From Blasia pusilla (taxonomy: Eukaryota): a DNA stretch of 64,000 nt. This document shows positions 14,333-27,200 of the stretch, piece by piece; positions within the stretch are counted from its first letter, which is position 1, and the number at the start of each line of letters is the position of its first letter. A program made the translations under genes and the position numbers. The stretch lies in assembly GCA_050084515.1 (NCBI GenBank), contig CM114271.1, positions 5,704,001 to 5,768,000 of the forward strand. Direction: 5' to 3'. The notes below the pieces were generated by a model. The model saw only the letters and a list, made by a program, of their open reading frames with translations. It had not been told where the DNA came from and ran no database searches.

Positions 14333-14609
14333 AATCCCGCGGAAGATTAGCAGCCGTCGATCCTAGCCCCTCCTCTCTACAAGTCTTTTCAAAGGCTCAT
14401 GTTAACTTCAACGATCGAGAAGTTCATAGCTACGAGTTCCGGGGATTGGATTAGTACCGCAAGATTTTTCTCTACCGTGAGGTGCTCGAGGTCTGATTAG
14501 GAGACGGGTCATGACGGAGATCAGCGATGGCTGGCAGGATTCTAGTGTGAGGGTCTTTACGACTATGAGGCTTGTTTGTTCGACTCTTACACACGGACTG
14601 TGGTTCCGC

Positions 14610-14810
14610 GAGCTTTCTTGGGTTGTGAACTCATGCCGAAGGCTTTCAGATGGGAACTCGTTGGATGTCAACTTGAGAAGGCCGGGAGTATCGGTGTGAA
14701 TTGTCACTGAAATCTTGGTATCTGGTTCTTCAGTCGCTTAAATTTTGGGGAGCATGTCTAACTTCCTTTAGATCTTCAGGTTGGGACGCCTGATGCTCTA
14801 AGAGACATTA
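14610..14810 (+). ncRNA. Possible H/ACA snoRNA
   Basis: Hairpin gctttcttgggttg/caacttgagaaggc, and a 3' hairpin ttggggagcat/atgctctaa followed by ACA-tta; H box not clearly identified. Confidence 0.35.
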
Positions 14811-14871
14811 TACGTGCTGTTCTTGTGGGTCACGCTGTCGCGGGTTTTTTTGGGGCGTGGGTTGACCATAG

Positions 14872-14954
14872 AACCGCTGTGATGAACTCTTTCAAGTCTG
14901 AGCGCAAGCTGACTGAAAACTATAACATCAGAACATCTAAGGGTCTGAGCGGTT
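14872..14954 (+). ncRNA. Box C/D snoRNA guiding 18S rRNA 2'-O-methylation (U in CCCUUAGAUGUUCUG)
   Basis: Terminal stem aaccgc/gcggtt; C box GTGATGA 14879-14885; D box CTGA 14945-14948; guide cagaacatctaaggg is the reverse complement of conserved 18S CCCUUAGAUGUUCUG. Confidence 0.9.
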
Positions 14955-15267
14955 TAGAGCCTCGGGTACTCGTGTTTCATTGCACATTATTGTCACTGCC
15001 AAGGCCGGGATCCCATTCCCTCACATTGGCTCCTCCATATGTGCGAAATACACGAGCTAGATGTCTGCAGATCTCTCACTCACTGAGATGGACCAGGCGG
15101 AATGCTCAAGACTAGTAATATCGTTGGAAGGATTTTGGTCGGCAAAGTTCATTTTGGGTTGCGCGCATGGGTCCAGTAGTTTTCAAGATCTCATCCATCA
15201 TCAACGCTGTCGGAGGTAAGCCGAGAATCGATGTTCGTTACTTTCATTACTAATTGAGCGTGTCTCT

Positions 15268-15392
15268 GTGCTTCCATAGTTGGTCTCATGACTTTCCTGT
15301 AGTCTGGGTACCCGTTCCCGAGAAGCGAAATCAAATCCAGCGTCCTGTGTCCAGATTTCTTTAGAAATTCGGTTGTTGATGTTGGGACATTT
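15268..15392 (+). ncRNA. Box H/ACA snoRNA
   Basis: Hairpin 1 gcttc...gaagc; H box AAATCA; hairpin 2 tccagcgtc...gatgttggg with internal pocket and upper stem ccagatttct/agaaattcgg; ACA at 15387-15389 plus 3 nt. Confidence 0.7.
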
Positions 15393-15422
15393 GCACTACT
15401 TCTACATTACCGTAAAATAGGT

Positions 15423-15518
15423 TTCCACGATGATGACTCAATATAATCCCAGCTCGCTTGGAGACCATCTGGTCGTTGAAGAGAAACGGATTCCAACACG
15501 ACAATATCCTGAGTGGAC
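15423..15518 (+). ncRNA. Box C/D snoRNA, target not recognised
   Basis: Stem tccac/gtgga; C box ATGATGA 15430-15436; D box CTGA 15509-15512. Confidence 0.8.
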
Positions 15519-15620
15519 TAGTGATTAGGTCAAAAATCCTTAACTTGTACAGTATTGTATCACGCCCTTCTCTGCCTAGAATAGCGTGTTTACACAGGTC
15601 TTAGAACTTGGATTAAGAGA

Positions 15621-15696
15621 GGTTTCCAATGATGATTTACACGTCAGCCTGAATTGTATTGTGATTACAACTATATCGCAATAAACTGAGGAAACC
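15621..15696 (+). ncRNA. Box C/D snoRNA, snoR72Y/snR72-like (25S Am in CUGACGUG)
   Basis: Stem ggtttcc/ggaaacc; C ATGATGA, D' CTGA, C' GTGATTA, D CTGA. D' guide gatttacacgtcag pairs with 25S CUGACGUGCAAAUC (1 mismatch); the D'+5 rule gives the A of CUGAC. Confidence 0.85.
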
Positions 15697-16869
15697 AATT
15701 AACCAGAATGCCAAAGTGGGGCCTTACAGAACTAGAGCCGTGGCCAATATGCGCCCTCTCCTCTTATCCTGTGCTTTTGGGAGAGTTGAGTTAGGTGTGT
15801 GTAAGGTATAGTCGAGTGGAAAGCTTGACAGAAGCTAGTGTCCAAGTTGTAAATTTCTCTGTGCATCTGCGGGAAGATGTGTCAAAATGATCGAATATTG
15901 TTAACTGGTTCTTAGGCTGCCGGACCCGCTCGGGCCAAAACCCGCCTTGCGGGCATGGCGCGTTCACATTCGCTTAGCAAGTTCCTTGCGCATCTATGGA
16001 AGTACATTCGGGGCTGCAGACATCAACAGTGTATTGTTGTGAGTTGTTATTAACACTTTCACACACATTACGTAAAGGAATTGGAATGTACCTGCCCGGT
16101 GTTACTACCGAGTTGCCCGCCAGTGTACAGGATTGGTGTGGTTAGGCATTTCAAGCACTCATTTCCCCTGATCGGTATCTCAGTTTCAAGCGGAATCGCA
16201 GGTAACGGCTGCTCTAAGAATTCGTTTCAGATCTTGAGGATGGGATTGCGGATCCCCATGGGAACGGCAATTGATAAAGTGCAAGGTCCGGGAAGTCTTA
16301 CTAAAGTATTCAGATAGGATCCGGATATCATAAATCAGTTCGGATTTCTAAAATAGGTCTTATCATTAAAAAGAGGCGAATATGAGGATTATCCGTGAAA
16401 ATTGAATACTTGTACATTTACAGGTTCCTTATCCGGAAATCCGAAAGATGGTTCGGCCAATAACCGGTAGGTTAGAAAACTAGCTGTCGATGAATTTCCT
16501 CCTTCTCTTTCATCCCAATTCTATTTATATGACTTCTCCCATTAAATACTACCTTCTAAATAACATTCTCAAAACCAAAATTCACATTCGAAAACTTTCT
16601 CACAAAGTTTGCTCCATTATAATATTTGGAAATATGTAAATAACAACCATTATGAGGATGTTTAAATCTACGGATGACATTAGCTTCTGCTTGAGGGAAG
16701 AGAGATCTTTATGGATTAGCATAGAGATTTCCCATTGTACTGTAGAATTGTTGAACATATTCTCAAAATCAATAATAAGGGGCAATTGTGAGAACATTAT
16801 AAATGTTTATTACATAGCCTTGTTCTACACTTATTCATGTCTTCATTTGAGAATGCTCTCACAAATTGT

Positions 16870-18830
16870 AGTGCATACACATTGAATCTTTGCAATATCA
16901 GCAAGTTTGCAAACTTACATTATAATGATGGACTTGAATCCACCATTGCCAATAGACCATTGGAGTTGGGATCCTTCCATTCAGTTGGGGGCATCAACTT
17001 GAAGGACTAAAATTTCTTGCTTGAGAGCAATAGAGTTTATGACAGAAGTTTGTGGAGGCTTCTTCAATGGTAACTCAGATCCAAAATGTGCACATAACTC
17101 TTCTATTTCTTACATCCCTAACTCACGAGTTCTAGTTGTCTAGAATGCATGTGCAAGGAGATCAGGATTCTCATTGCACCTGTAAGAATATTGTCTCTAA
17201 ATCTATCTTGCAACGTTAGATAAACACTCTCAAAATAACTCTTCTAAAATAATAAAGTAGCTTCCAAATCCTTGCATGCACAATCCCTAATCATGTCTTA
17301 TTATGGAATTTTTCCTTCTAATTTCGGGTTGTAAACGTCCTTGATAGGCACTTGGAAGTTCAAAGTTTGGTAGAATGTGATATCCTGTATCTTCTAAAAA
17401 AGGAGATTCAAATCACATGTTTCCATCATGAAATTCATAGCAATTGCCAACAATCTCTATACTAACAATGGTAACAATGGTACTTACATCTACGAATTTG
17501 TCTTGAAAAATCTTGCTCAAGTTTGGCAACATAGAAAGAATGTCAGCCAAGAAGTATAATTGAAGATCATTTGGAATGACCTTAACTTTTCAAACAAATT
17601 TTGTAGCATTTCCATCATCTTCCGGAGTTGAAATGTCCCTAAAGTAGATTAAAACAAATTATAGTGAATCACATAAGATGGATACAGCTTGCCATCGGGA
17701 CAACCAACGGATCTTGTGATTTCGTTTCATGACTCTTTGGGAGTCATTCATCCTCTCTTGCAGAGAAGTTAGAACAACTTTTCTCTTGGAAGACCTCTTG
17801 AAATATCCTAATATTGCATTCAAAATGGAATCTACTTCTATGGATATGGATTTGCAATTTCTTGCTTTAGCAGTTGTGAGAGCTGCAAGATTTGTTCTAT
17901 GAGCAACACAATGCACTGAAAGAATGAATGGATTTACCTTTAGCTTCAATTGTGAAGCTATCCCGTTTTGGCTCCCTACCATAGAGGGGTCTCCATCCGA
18001 CCCAAAAGCTACCATTCTAGAAAAGTCTAAACCCCAATCTTTTAGTAATTCCAGCAAACTACTTGTGATAGCATTAGAACACTTAGATTCACAGCGAAGC
18101 AATCCTAAAAAACAACACTCTGCTTGACCATCTTCTATGAAGGTTGCAAAGACCACTAGATGCCCTGTCACGGATATATTAGTAGATTCATCAATCATAA
18201 TTCCAAAGAATGGTGAGGCTTGAACCCTAGCAAGGGTTCTTTTGAGCAAAATCTGACTTATAAAAAAACACATCTCACTGCAACTCTTCTCATCTTGGTA
18301 AAGATCTATAGTAATAGGTGCATTCACAGAAAGCATCAACTTGCCGATATCTGTGAACTTAGAGAAAGGCATGGCCTCCTTCACAAGAAAATAAGCACAC
18401 CTAAATAAAGTGAGGAGAGCTACCTCACAGGTTTGATTAGATGTAGCTATGGCCTTGGCCATGGATTTCTTACCTCCGTTAGCTGCCCAAGCGAGCTTTA
18501 CATGCTCGTTTGACTTTGCATGATCTGTAAAACCAGAGACCTTACAGTTTAGAGCACCATCCCTAGCAAAGACACTCTTGCCTTTTCCTGCCCTACAAAT
18601 CTTACAATGAATTTTTCATGTGGAAGAATAAAATGTGATCCAATCATACATCGTGTACCAAACATCTTTCCAAGCTTGTCGATTTTTTGTAGGTAAGGAT
18701 GCATTGCTGCCCAATGTACTCTGTTCTTCCCTCTCGTATGATGATCCTAACAAAGCTATAACCTCTAGAAGTTCTTGGGGAACCTCCTTGCACAACAATT
18801 CATTTATAGTCCTCTGTCTTTTGGCCATTG
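16870..18830 (-). mobile_element. hAT transposase pseudogene (ZNF862/DUF4371-like)
   Basis: FFGIMIDESTNIS, FGSDGDPSMVG, VHCVAHRTNLA and IRWLSRWQ motifs; N-terminal zinc-finger fragment; stops downstream; atccgg-rich subterminal-like regions at about 16.3-16.5 kb and 20.0-20.3 kb. Confidence 0.9.
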
Positions 18831-21800
18831 CTACAACTACAAAAGGTAAAAAGTAGACAGTTGATGGTTTGAGAGCAAATATGAAAGCTTTATGGATAAT
18901 TTCCAGCAAGCGGGTGTGAAGCACATATGTTCATACAACAGGTGCCGAGCTACATCAAGGTATACAGCTGAGTATAGGAATCGAAGCCTCAACACCCTAA
19001 GATTTTTGCCCAGCTGTGAACCAAATGCAAGGGAAGAAATGCAACTACACACAAGCAATAGCATAAAACCGCGAAGGCCCTTTCAATGTGAAGCCCTTGA
19101 GAGCAGGAAAATGAAATGCGGGTTCAGAGGAAAACAACAAGCCAATGTGCGGGTGAGCTGCCTCACGACGGCACAACAAGAGCGAGAGAGAGGCCCACCA
19201 AGGTGCCAATCGGCCACACAACCAAATCGAGTAAGGAGAACCAGCAGAAATGTGCAGGACTAGAGCAAGAGAGACCAAGTGAGGGAATTCGATATGCAAA
19301 GAAATTCTAAGAGAGTTCTAGCCGCACAATTAGAGCGGCTCCAAGTCACCAAGGCTCACGGAATGCGAGCTTCAAGAAAGCAAGCTTCCGGACGGGTATG
19401 CATGACTAGAATGTTGCACAACAAAAATCACACCGCATCAAACAGAAGCAATGCAATACCTGAAGAAGAAGACGGAGCCGCGGGCAGCAGGGATGAGGCA
19501 ATCAAGAGCGGCGACACTCAAGAATCAACGTTCGACTCAAGGATGAATTGGCGGGTCTGATGTGGAGCGGAAAAAATTTGTGAGCGTCGTTACAACTGCG
19601 AGTAGTTTGAGGAGGAGCGAGAGAGAATCCAACAAGAACACGAGCGGGGCTGTGGGTGTGAGCAAAGCTGCGAGGAATATCGAATCCGAAGTGCACGAAC
19701 ACGAGCGGGAGTGAGCGGAGGCTGCGGAGCGCCAAGCAAGACCAAACAAGGATGTGCGAGGCTGCGAGTGGCGAGCCTGAGCGCGAGCGTTTCGACAGAG
19801 TCCTGACTCTTGAATGTGGGCTGCAGTGGGAGTCTCCACCCCTCCGTAGGGCCCCTGCCCCCGACATCCTGCTGCTGATGCGGGACTCAGAAGAGCCGCA
19901 ACGGCGCAACCCATCCCTTTGGGCCCCCTTCACCCACAACATCTACCCTAACCACACTTTAGGGTTGTAACGGATACATGGACGGCCCAAATTCAGCGAT
20001 CCTAGCCAGATTGTGTGATCCTAGCCCCCGGTTTTCCCATAGTTAGAAAACCTCTCAATAGTCTTGCGCCAACTGTACATGAGCATACGACTTTAATCCG
20101 GCATGATACAAGGCCCAACGCCAGTTGCCTTTCAGGCTATGGGGGTATCCGGACCAAATCCGACCCAACCAGCCCGTTCACGTTGATTTCCAAAATCTGT
20201 TTCTAACCCATAGGTAAACCAGCTGGGAATGACATTATGTAGTCAAAAATTTTCAAAAATGACCGGCCGGGATTACTTGTAACCTCGGATCTCCCCGTTC
20301 CTTATTACAAAGAAGAGGTGGCACCAACTTGAAGCGAGTTTGATAAATACCCTAGTAATCACAAGGCAGCACACGAGTCGTATCAGGGAAGAGGGACGTT
20401 AAAGTGAGGTAATTTGAAGTGAGGCCACTGACGCCGCTCTGTCGCTTCTTAGAGGACGACATTGTACAGGGTGATTCTGCAACTCATCCGCATCATAGTA
20501 GTGAATTTGCTACAGAATTGCCCCAATCCCTAACGATTACGAAATGGAGTCGTCTTTAGTGAAAGTGGATGAAAGCTGAGAGGATACTAAAGCTCAGTCC
20601 TCTCAGCTTGAAATTAAGAACTATGCCATAGCGTCAGATTGAAAGTAAAACCTCTGCCAGTCATCGATTCTCGCACATAAACTTGCTCATCATCACCCTC
20701 AGCATCACCTTCATCTCTTAAGTGGAGCGGTGTATGATGGGTATCATCGTATGTTAGTTGCATTACCCATGCGAGTGGAATGTGTGCCGTAGAAAGGCAT
20801 CCTTCTTCTGGGCACACATTCCACTCGCACGGAAGATACCATGACCTGATGGTCCACTATCAAAACGGACAGCTATGTAACTTATCGTAATGTCGGAATG
20901 TTCTCCATTTACAGCACTGCTGTCTACTGGATCCTAGCATCCATTGGGTTCTCACTACAATGAAAAAGGCATAAATGAAAATGTTCTACACCGAATGTAC
21001 TGTCGTTTGTGGGAGAAGAGGAGTAAGAGTCGAAACAGAGAGCAAAGAAAATATAATATAATGGATTGGTAGCCAAAATGATATATGTACATTGAATTTG
21101 GTGTGGTATACTCAAAACAAGTTCTATGCAATCTGTTCTATAATGTGAAACCAAATGAAATTCCATGTTTATGGGGAGAGCAGCCTCCAACAAAATTTAA
21201 TCAACGCCAGAATCTTTGTTTTTGGTTAAAAGCTTAACCATGTGGCACAAGTAGATTGCTATCCCTCTACTATCTATTTCAAACATGCATTTACTAGTGT
21301 AATCTATTAGTATGAATGACATAAGATGATACAATGGGAAATTCCCTCCTCTTGTGAAACATAATATTTAAAGATAAAAGAATCATGATTAACATAATAA
21401 GTGCCTCTATTCAACAAACTCAAAAATGTGCCTCTTCGTATAAAGAAGGTAATTCTCCCTAGCCCATTTCACGCTTAGCTATCTCTCAAATCTACTTACT
21501 TTTAAGTTACTAGAAACACATTTTTGAGTTTGTAGAGTAGAAGCACATGACTAGAAAAGAAATACTTCCTATTAAACTTTACTACATATAAGCATGTATA
21601 TATTACTCATACCTATAGATTATAGGTATTAGATTTTCATAAATAATTATAATACCTCAAAAATTTCTCCAATAAGAGAAGATGGAAAAAACCTTTTCCC
21701 GAAATCATTTCAATGGTATAAATTAGTAAGTCTCATTTGCTGAGTGCATGAAAACTAAACTAGAAGACATAGAATCAAATTAAACGAAAATTTAAGATTT

Positions 21801-22652
21801 TTTCTTCGAATTAAAAAATAAATTTACGATGTTTTGGAAAGTATACTTGAATAATTTGATTATGCTACATATTGAGAAAGAATTGGTTTTCTATTTCTGA
21901 AAACTTTTTCATTTGAAGCATATCAACTAAATGGAGAAATTGTTTTACCAAAAATAATAGCACCTCTTAAATTTTTTGGAAAATAAATATGACCCCAAAT
22001 CTACACTTTTTGGGAGTACCAATGATAGGTGGACTTATACAAATAATCTCTCCTGAATTGTGATTTCTTAAGGAGCCACAAAAGAAAAGAAAAAATCTTT
22101 GAAATTTATTTTATCTTCATTATTATTGTCTACTGCCCTTTCGATTTTTAAACTCCTCCCGTGGAATCCTTTGGTTGATAAAATCATTCTAAGATTTATT
22201 TTTAAAATAAATAAATATTTAAATATGCCCCTATTATCCACAATAAGAGTGAATATGGGTTCCAATTATCTAATAATAAAATAATTCCAGTATTCATGAT
22301 TGGGTTAGAAGCCAATAAAAAACATTAATATTGAATCTACTCTATTTGATACTAGAGCGTTGCTCGTAGTGATATAAAATCTTGGAATTTTTTTCTTGTA
22401 TTATTTTCATTTTCTATTTTTGATTATATTTAGTTTTGTGTTGACATGTGTCAACATCAAAAACCCTCGGAGGACAAGTGTCACGATGAGGAATTCTCTA
22501 AACCCATCCTCCTTTAATAATAATAGATCAGATTGAATCTAATACATCTACTATTGGAGAATGCCTTTTTCAAACACCTCAATTTTAGACATTCTCAATC
22601 AACAACACCTTTCATAATTAAATTAAAATTTTATTTGAGAGTTTTAATATTT

Positions 22653-23063
22653 ACTAGTCCTCGGCCCGTGCCATGCACGAGAGTGAAGGGATTAATTATA
22701 TTGCAAATAAAATTTATTTCTTGTTGCCCGTAGAAATGAAAATATTTTTTTTTTCCGATTATCACATATCAAACGTAGATGTGTTTACAAATAAAAAAAA
22801 CATTCTCTAATAATAATATAAAAAATAACTAATTAGATGCCAAAAAATAAAAAATAATGATAATACATAAAAATTAAAATTCTTTTCTTGTTTCAAATCA
22901 CATATTTTCTTCCGATTCAACTTATATTAGTGTTTTGCAAATAAGAAGAATATAGATTTAGAGACGGATTTTTAAAATATTAAAATTCCGAATGACATAT
23001 TTGCAATTTCGAAATAGTTAAAAATCTTAAACCCGTGAGGATGCACGGGCTTACGCTTACTAG
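22653..23063 (+). mobile_element. Non-autonomous Helitron-like element
   Basis: AT-rich body; 3' hairpin cccgtg-aggatg-cacggg followed about 10 nt later by CTAG; a similar hairpin near the 5' ACTAG end. Confidence 0.7.
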
Positions 23064-24247
23064 CTCGTTCATCCGAAAGCCATCGTCGGGTCGGGTTTTC
23101 GAACCCGACGCAAAACTGCAAGGGAGTGGCAGATCATTGTGGAGACTGGTGCCGTGCGTCCGATAATGATTGCATGAAACGCCGCGTTGAATACAATACG
23201 GCTGCAACGGTCTTGGACGATCTTTCGGAGCCAAATCGCACAATTTCATCAAAGCTGTGGGCCGATGGTTTCGCCACCAGCAGCCCGAATCAATTCGTCT
23301 TTGGCGAACGGCGGACTCACTCATTCCTAGACGATGAGTGAGCACTCTCTCGTTATGGAGGGGTAGATGGAATTGGGAGAATTCTCTCGATTTCACGGGC
23401 TTGGCATGAAGTGACTCGGTGACCTAAGGCTCCGTGTATCTGTCGATTTTGTCACTGTTGGCCCGCGAAACTCAGACACCGTGTCTTTGTCTCGGAGCCA
23501 GCTGATTGGAAAGATGGCGATGGTAATCTGCAGGAGTGCGTTGCTGTGGGGAGGACAAGATATAGTGTTCAAATTTCCGTCGGATTCGGAGAATTGGCGG
23601 CAACCTCGCTCCGGAAGAGGGGAGGGATGTAGACGGATTGCATTGAGCTGAGAGTCGCTGAGCGTGGAATTCTTTGTGTTCTCTGTGGGAATTGCAATCT
23701 CGCCGAGTGTGCGGATCTCCTGACAAGTGCCTGGATGGGCCGACGACGTCTGCTGAAGGTGCTAATCGATCGTCGGGACTGGAAGCCGCAGATCGTGGCT
23801 GACGGTATACTGTCATAAATTCATCTCTCGAGCCTGTCAATTCGTAGAAGAGTGGCGCTGTAGCGTCTCATCCAAACTCCCGCCAGTCAGAGCTGGGACA
23901 GAAGAGGAGCGAGAGTTGTTCAGCGCAGAAGTCACCCAAACAGCCGCTACTCATGATCTTCACCGGCGCTGGCTTTCGATCGTATGAGCATTGCCGAAGG
24001 CCGTGCGCTGCGAGGATTTGTAGCTCTCCGAATTCGAGATCGGTCCTCTCGCACACCTGCTTGGCGGATGCAACACCACCACGTCCTTAGATCCCCACGT
24101 CACATGCCGACACCACTGGCGATGAAAGCTTCAGACGGCACTAATAATTAACGAGCAGAGAGCTTACGCTCTTCGTCGATCCGGAAACAGCTTGGACTTC
24201 ACTCACTCGAGTCCGATCTTTCTTGAGTTCTTGCAACCCGGCTCGAC

Positions 24248-27200
24248 ATGATGGCACCGTTGCACCACCACTACGCGTACCCGAAGTGCTTCCTGGCGAC
24301 CATCGTCGTGCTGCTCGCAGTCCAGAGATTGATCGTCTCCGAATCCGGGGTGCCAGATTCAGGCAGCCCCGATCTGCAGCGCGTCCGCATGATGGATCCG
24401 CGCGAAGAATCGCCGCATCGGCCGCTGGTGGTCAGCCCATGGCCGAGACAATCTGCCGGAAGGCGGAGATTGAAGCAGCAGGAGGGAGGATCGGGAGCAG
24501 TCGTATCGCAGTGGAAGTACGACGGCTTGCTAGCTTCCGACGGATCGATATCAACTGCGCAACTCCTGAAGGAACCAGACCATTTCGCTGCGGGCTCCGC
24601 TTCTTCGCTGAACACGGACGAAGAGCAGAAATCCAGGAGCTCAGAAGTTGTCAGCGGCAGAAGCAGCAATAGCAGCAGCGAACAGAACACGCATCCTCCT
24701 CTTTGTCCTGCGACGTTGAGAGATCTGGTTCCGTGCTCCAGCTCCGCCGCCTCCGGCCATCTTTACGGGCGCAATTGCAGCAGAGGAAGAGGACGGCAAC
24801 GCTGCGCGATTCCTGCCCCTGCGAACTACGGGCGCCAATTCAAATGGCCCTCGAGCAAGAACCAGGTCACTGAAACGCATGTTGGACGTTTTTCCAACAG
24901 CTTCGAGAATCCGGAAGTGGATGCCGATGCTCACGCATTTCTCGCATTTGACGTTTGCTTTTTCACCGCGAAACTGCTAGAGAGCGAGATCCACTCTCGA
25001 GTGTTTGGGATGCATCGTCGCACATTGGTTGGAACTCGCAAGGTTCCTAATTCTTGACCGACCAATATCAAACCAGAGAGAGAGAGAGAGAGAGATTGAT
25101 TGATTCTGAGGTGCGGATTGTTCCTGTCTGCGAATTTTCAGGTGCGGATTCCCAACGTGCCGAACGTGCCACTGCTGCGGAGCAAAGAGTGGCAAGCATG
25201 GTTGCGATTCCGGGGCAGCACGGCGGAATTCGTAGCGGGAGAACCGCATTTCCCCAATGGTACCAGCGAGCATTTTGACGACCTCGAACTGGTTCTTCTC
25301 TCCCTCTCTCGTCCATCCTTCTTCCACCACACACACAGCCTTCGACCTCACTTTTCTTGCTAAGTCGGAATCATTGAGCGGACCTCGAACCGGTTCTTCT
25401 CTTCCTCTCTCGTCCATACTTCTTCCACCACACACACACACACACACAGCCTTCGACCTCATTTTCCTTGAAAGTCTGAATGATAGAGCGGACGTAATGG
25501 TGTAGCGAACGTCCGTGCCATGTTACATAAGTTATTCTATCAATATTTTAAAAAGGTAATTATCTCGTTACTAACGATCTAATTCATCTTTAAAAAGTTT
25601 CCATCATCATTTAAAATAGATAATTACCTCGTTACTAACGATTTAATTCATCTTTAAAAATTCTGTCATTATTTTAAATACGTAATCGTCATTAAGTGTT
25701 AGTCGGAGCTGGGGATATATTTATTTTTCTTTGTTGTCTCTTTTTTATTTTTTAATTCACTATGTCACAAGAGTCAACAAAAGACAGGTGTGAACACATG
25801 TGTCAGAAGTCCTTAAAAGACCGGTGTCAACACACGGAGGAGATTTTTTTAATTATATTGATTGGGTTTCTCAAACCTAATTTTCTTTTAATAATATAAA
25901 GAATTTTTTCATTGCTAATAATTTAATTCATCTTCAAAAATTTCAAGTGAGAAAATTGAACCACGGGAGGTGTTTGAAAACAAAAGGCGCTATGTTTAAT
26001 AACATAGATCTTTGTATGGCAATAGAGATGTTTTGTTCCTAGAGACTCTCTACTTCGACAAACTCGTAGGCCCACAAGTTTCTAAAAAGTGGGAGGACAT
26101 TGCACGATCAATGTTGAAATTAGTTATGCTTTTGTTAAGAAAAAAGTTTAAAAGTGCAGATGGGAATCACTCGTTTAGAGTAGTATTTTCTTTTCTTGTG
26201 GGCTTTGGGAAAACGAAGCATAAATTAGAAAAGAAAAATGGGGAAATTATTCACGAGCCATTTAGGTATATGACCTAGAAGATGATTATAGACCCGGAGG
26301 AGCGTAAAGAGACCACTGAATTTTCAGCTGTATTGCATCATTCTTGCGATATGGGACTATCGAGATTAGATTGAATGCCCTTTGATTGAAGGTCTATGAC
26401 ATTTAATGAAAAAACTCCTCTGCCATCACTTTTGGAAACTCGAGTAGTAATTGTAACCGTTATTCTTCTTGTGTGTGTGTGCAAGGGCGTATTGACTGAT
26501 ATGCACAAATTTCTTTTATATACTACAATGGTCATACGACACGGTGTGCACACGTCATTAATATCTACTCGTTTCAACTCTTTGTAAACAAGCACACACG
26601 GACCACTTCGTTGTGGAATTAAATTATTTCTCCTGAATTAATTTCACTATATTACAATCATAGAAATATTGTCCAAACCCTTACAAGATGAAGAATTTCG
26701 AGAAAGCAACTCCCAAATCTTGTAAGATGTTACATCTCACCTCCCACCAAGCCAACATGACAACCACCCAACACCCCATTTTATGCAGCCCACTGCACCC
26801 TCTTGGCCTAGAGTCTCTCGGGGAGAGAGAAAGGGTGATGCCCTTTCATTGTGAGCATTCCAGTCCATTCAACTCTGAGACAACAGGGGAGATCGTCTAC
26901 TGGGATTCATGAAGGCCTCTGGAGTGAGTCTGAAGGAGCGTCGAAGTTTCACACTCACAAAGAAGTGTTGTGAGCGATGGTACTGATGCTTTGTTCATGT
27001 CCCATGGCAGATGGTGCCAGAGCTACGCTTGGGGAAGCGAGTGAGGGTTGTTCTGGACATGGGCTGTGGAGCGGGCAATGTAGCAGCTGCTCTGGAAATG
27101 CGAGGTATAATCACGCTGTCGGTGGCTGGAGAGGGATCGCCAGCCAATGGAGTGCAGCTGGTGCTGGAGAGAGGATATCCAGGCCTCATTCAGGCGCTGG

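Noticed and set aside
18892-19970. ORFs upstream of the hAT transposase
   Set aside because: Likely non-coding transposon leader; no conserved motifs.
16460-20215. hAT TIR pair taggttagaaaac / gtttctaaccca
   Set aside because: Short and imperfect with no matching 8-bp TSD, so element ends were not called.
20614-20817. 67-aa ORF as a protein gene
   Set aside because: No domain or supporting exon structure; it overlaps the hairpin.
22980-24240. ORFs upstream of the PMT gene
   Set aside because: No recognisable homology; consistent with a GC-rich promoter/5'UTR.
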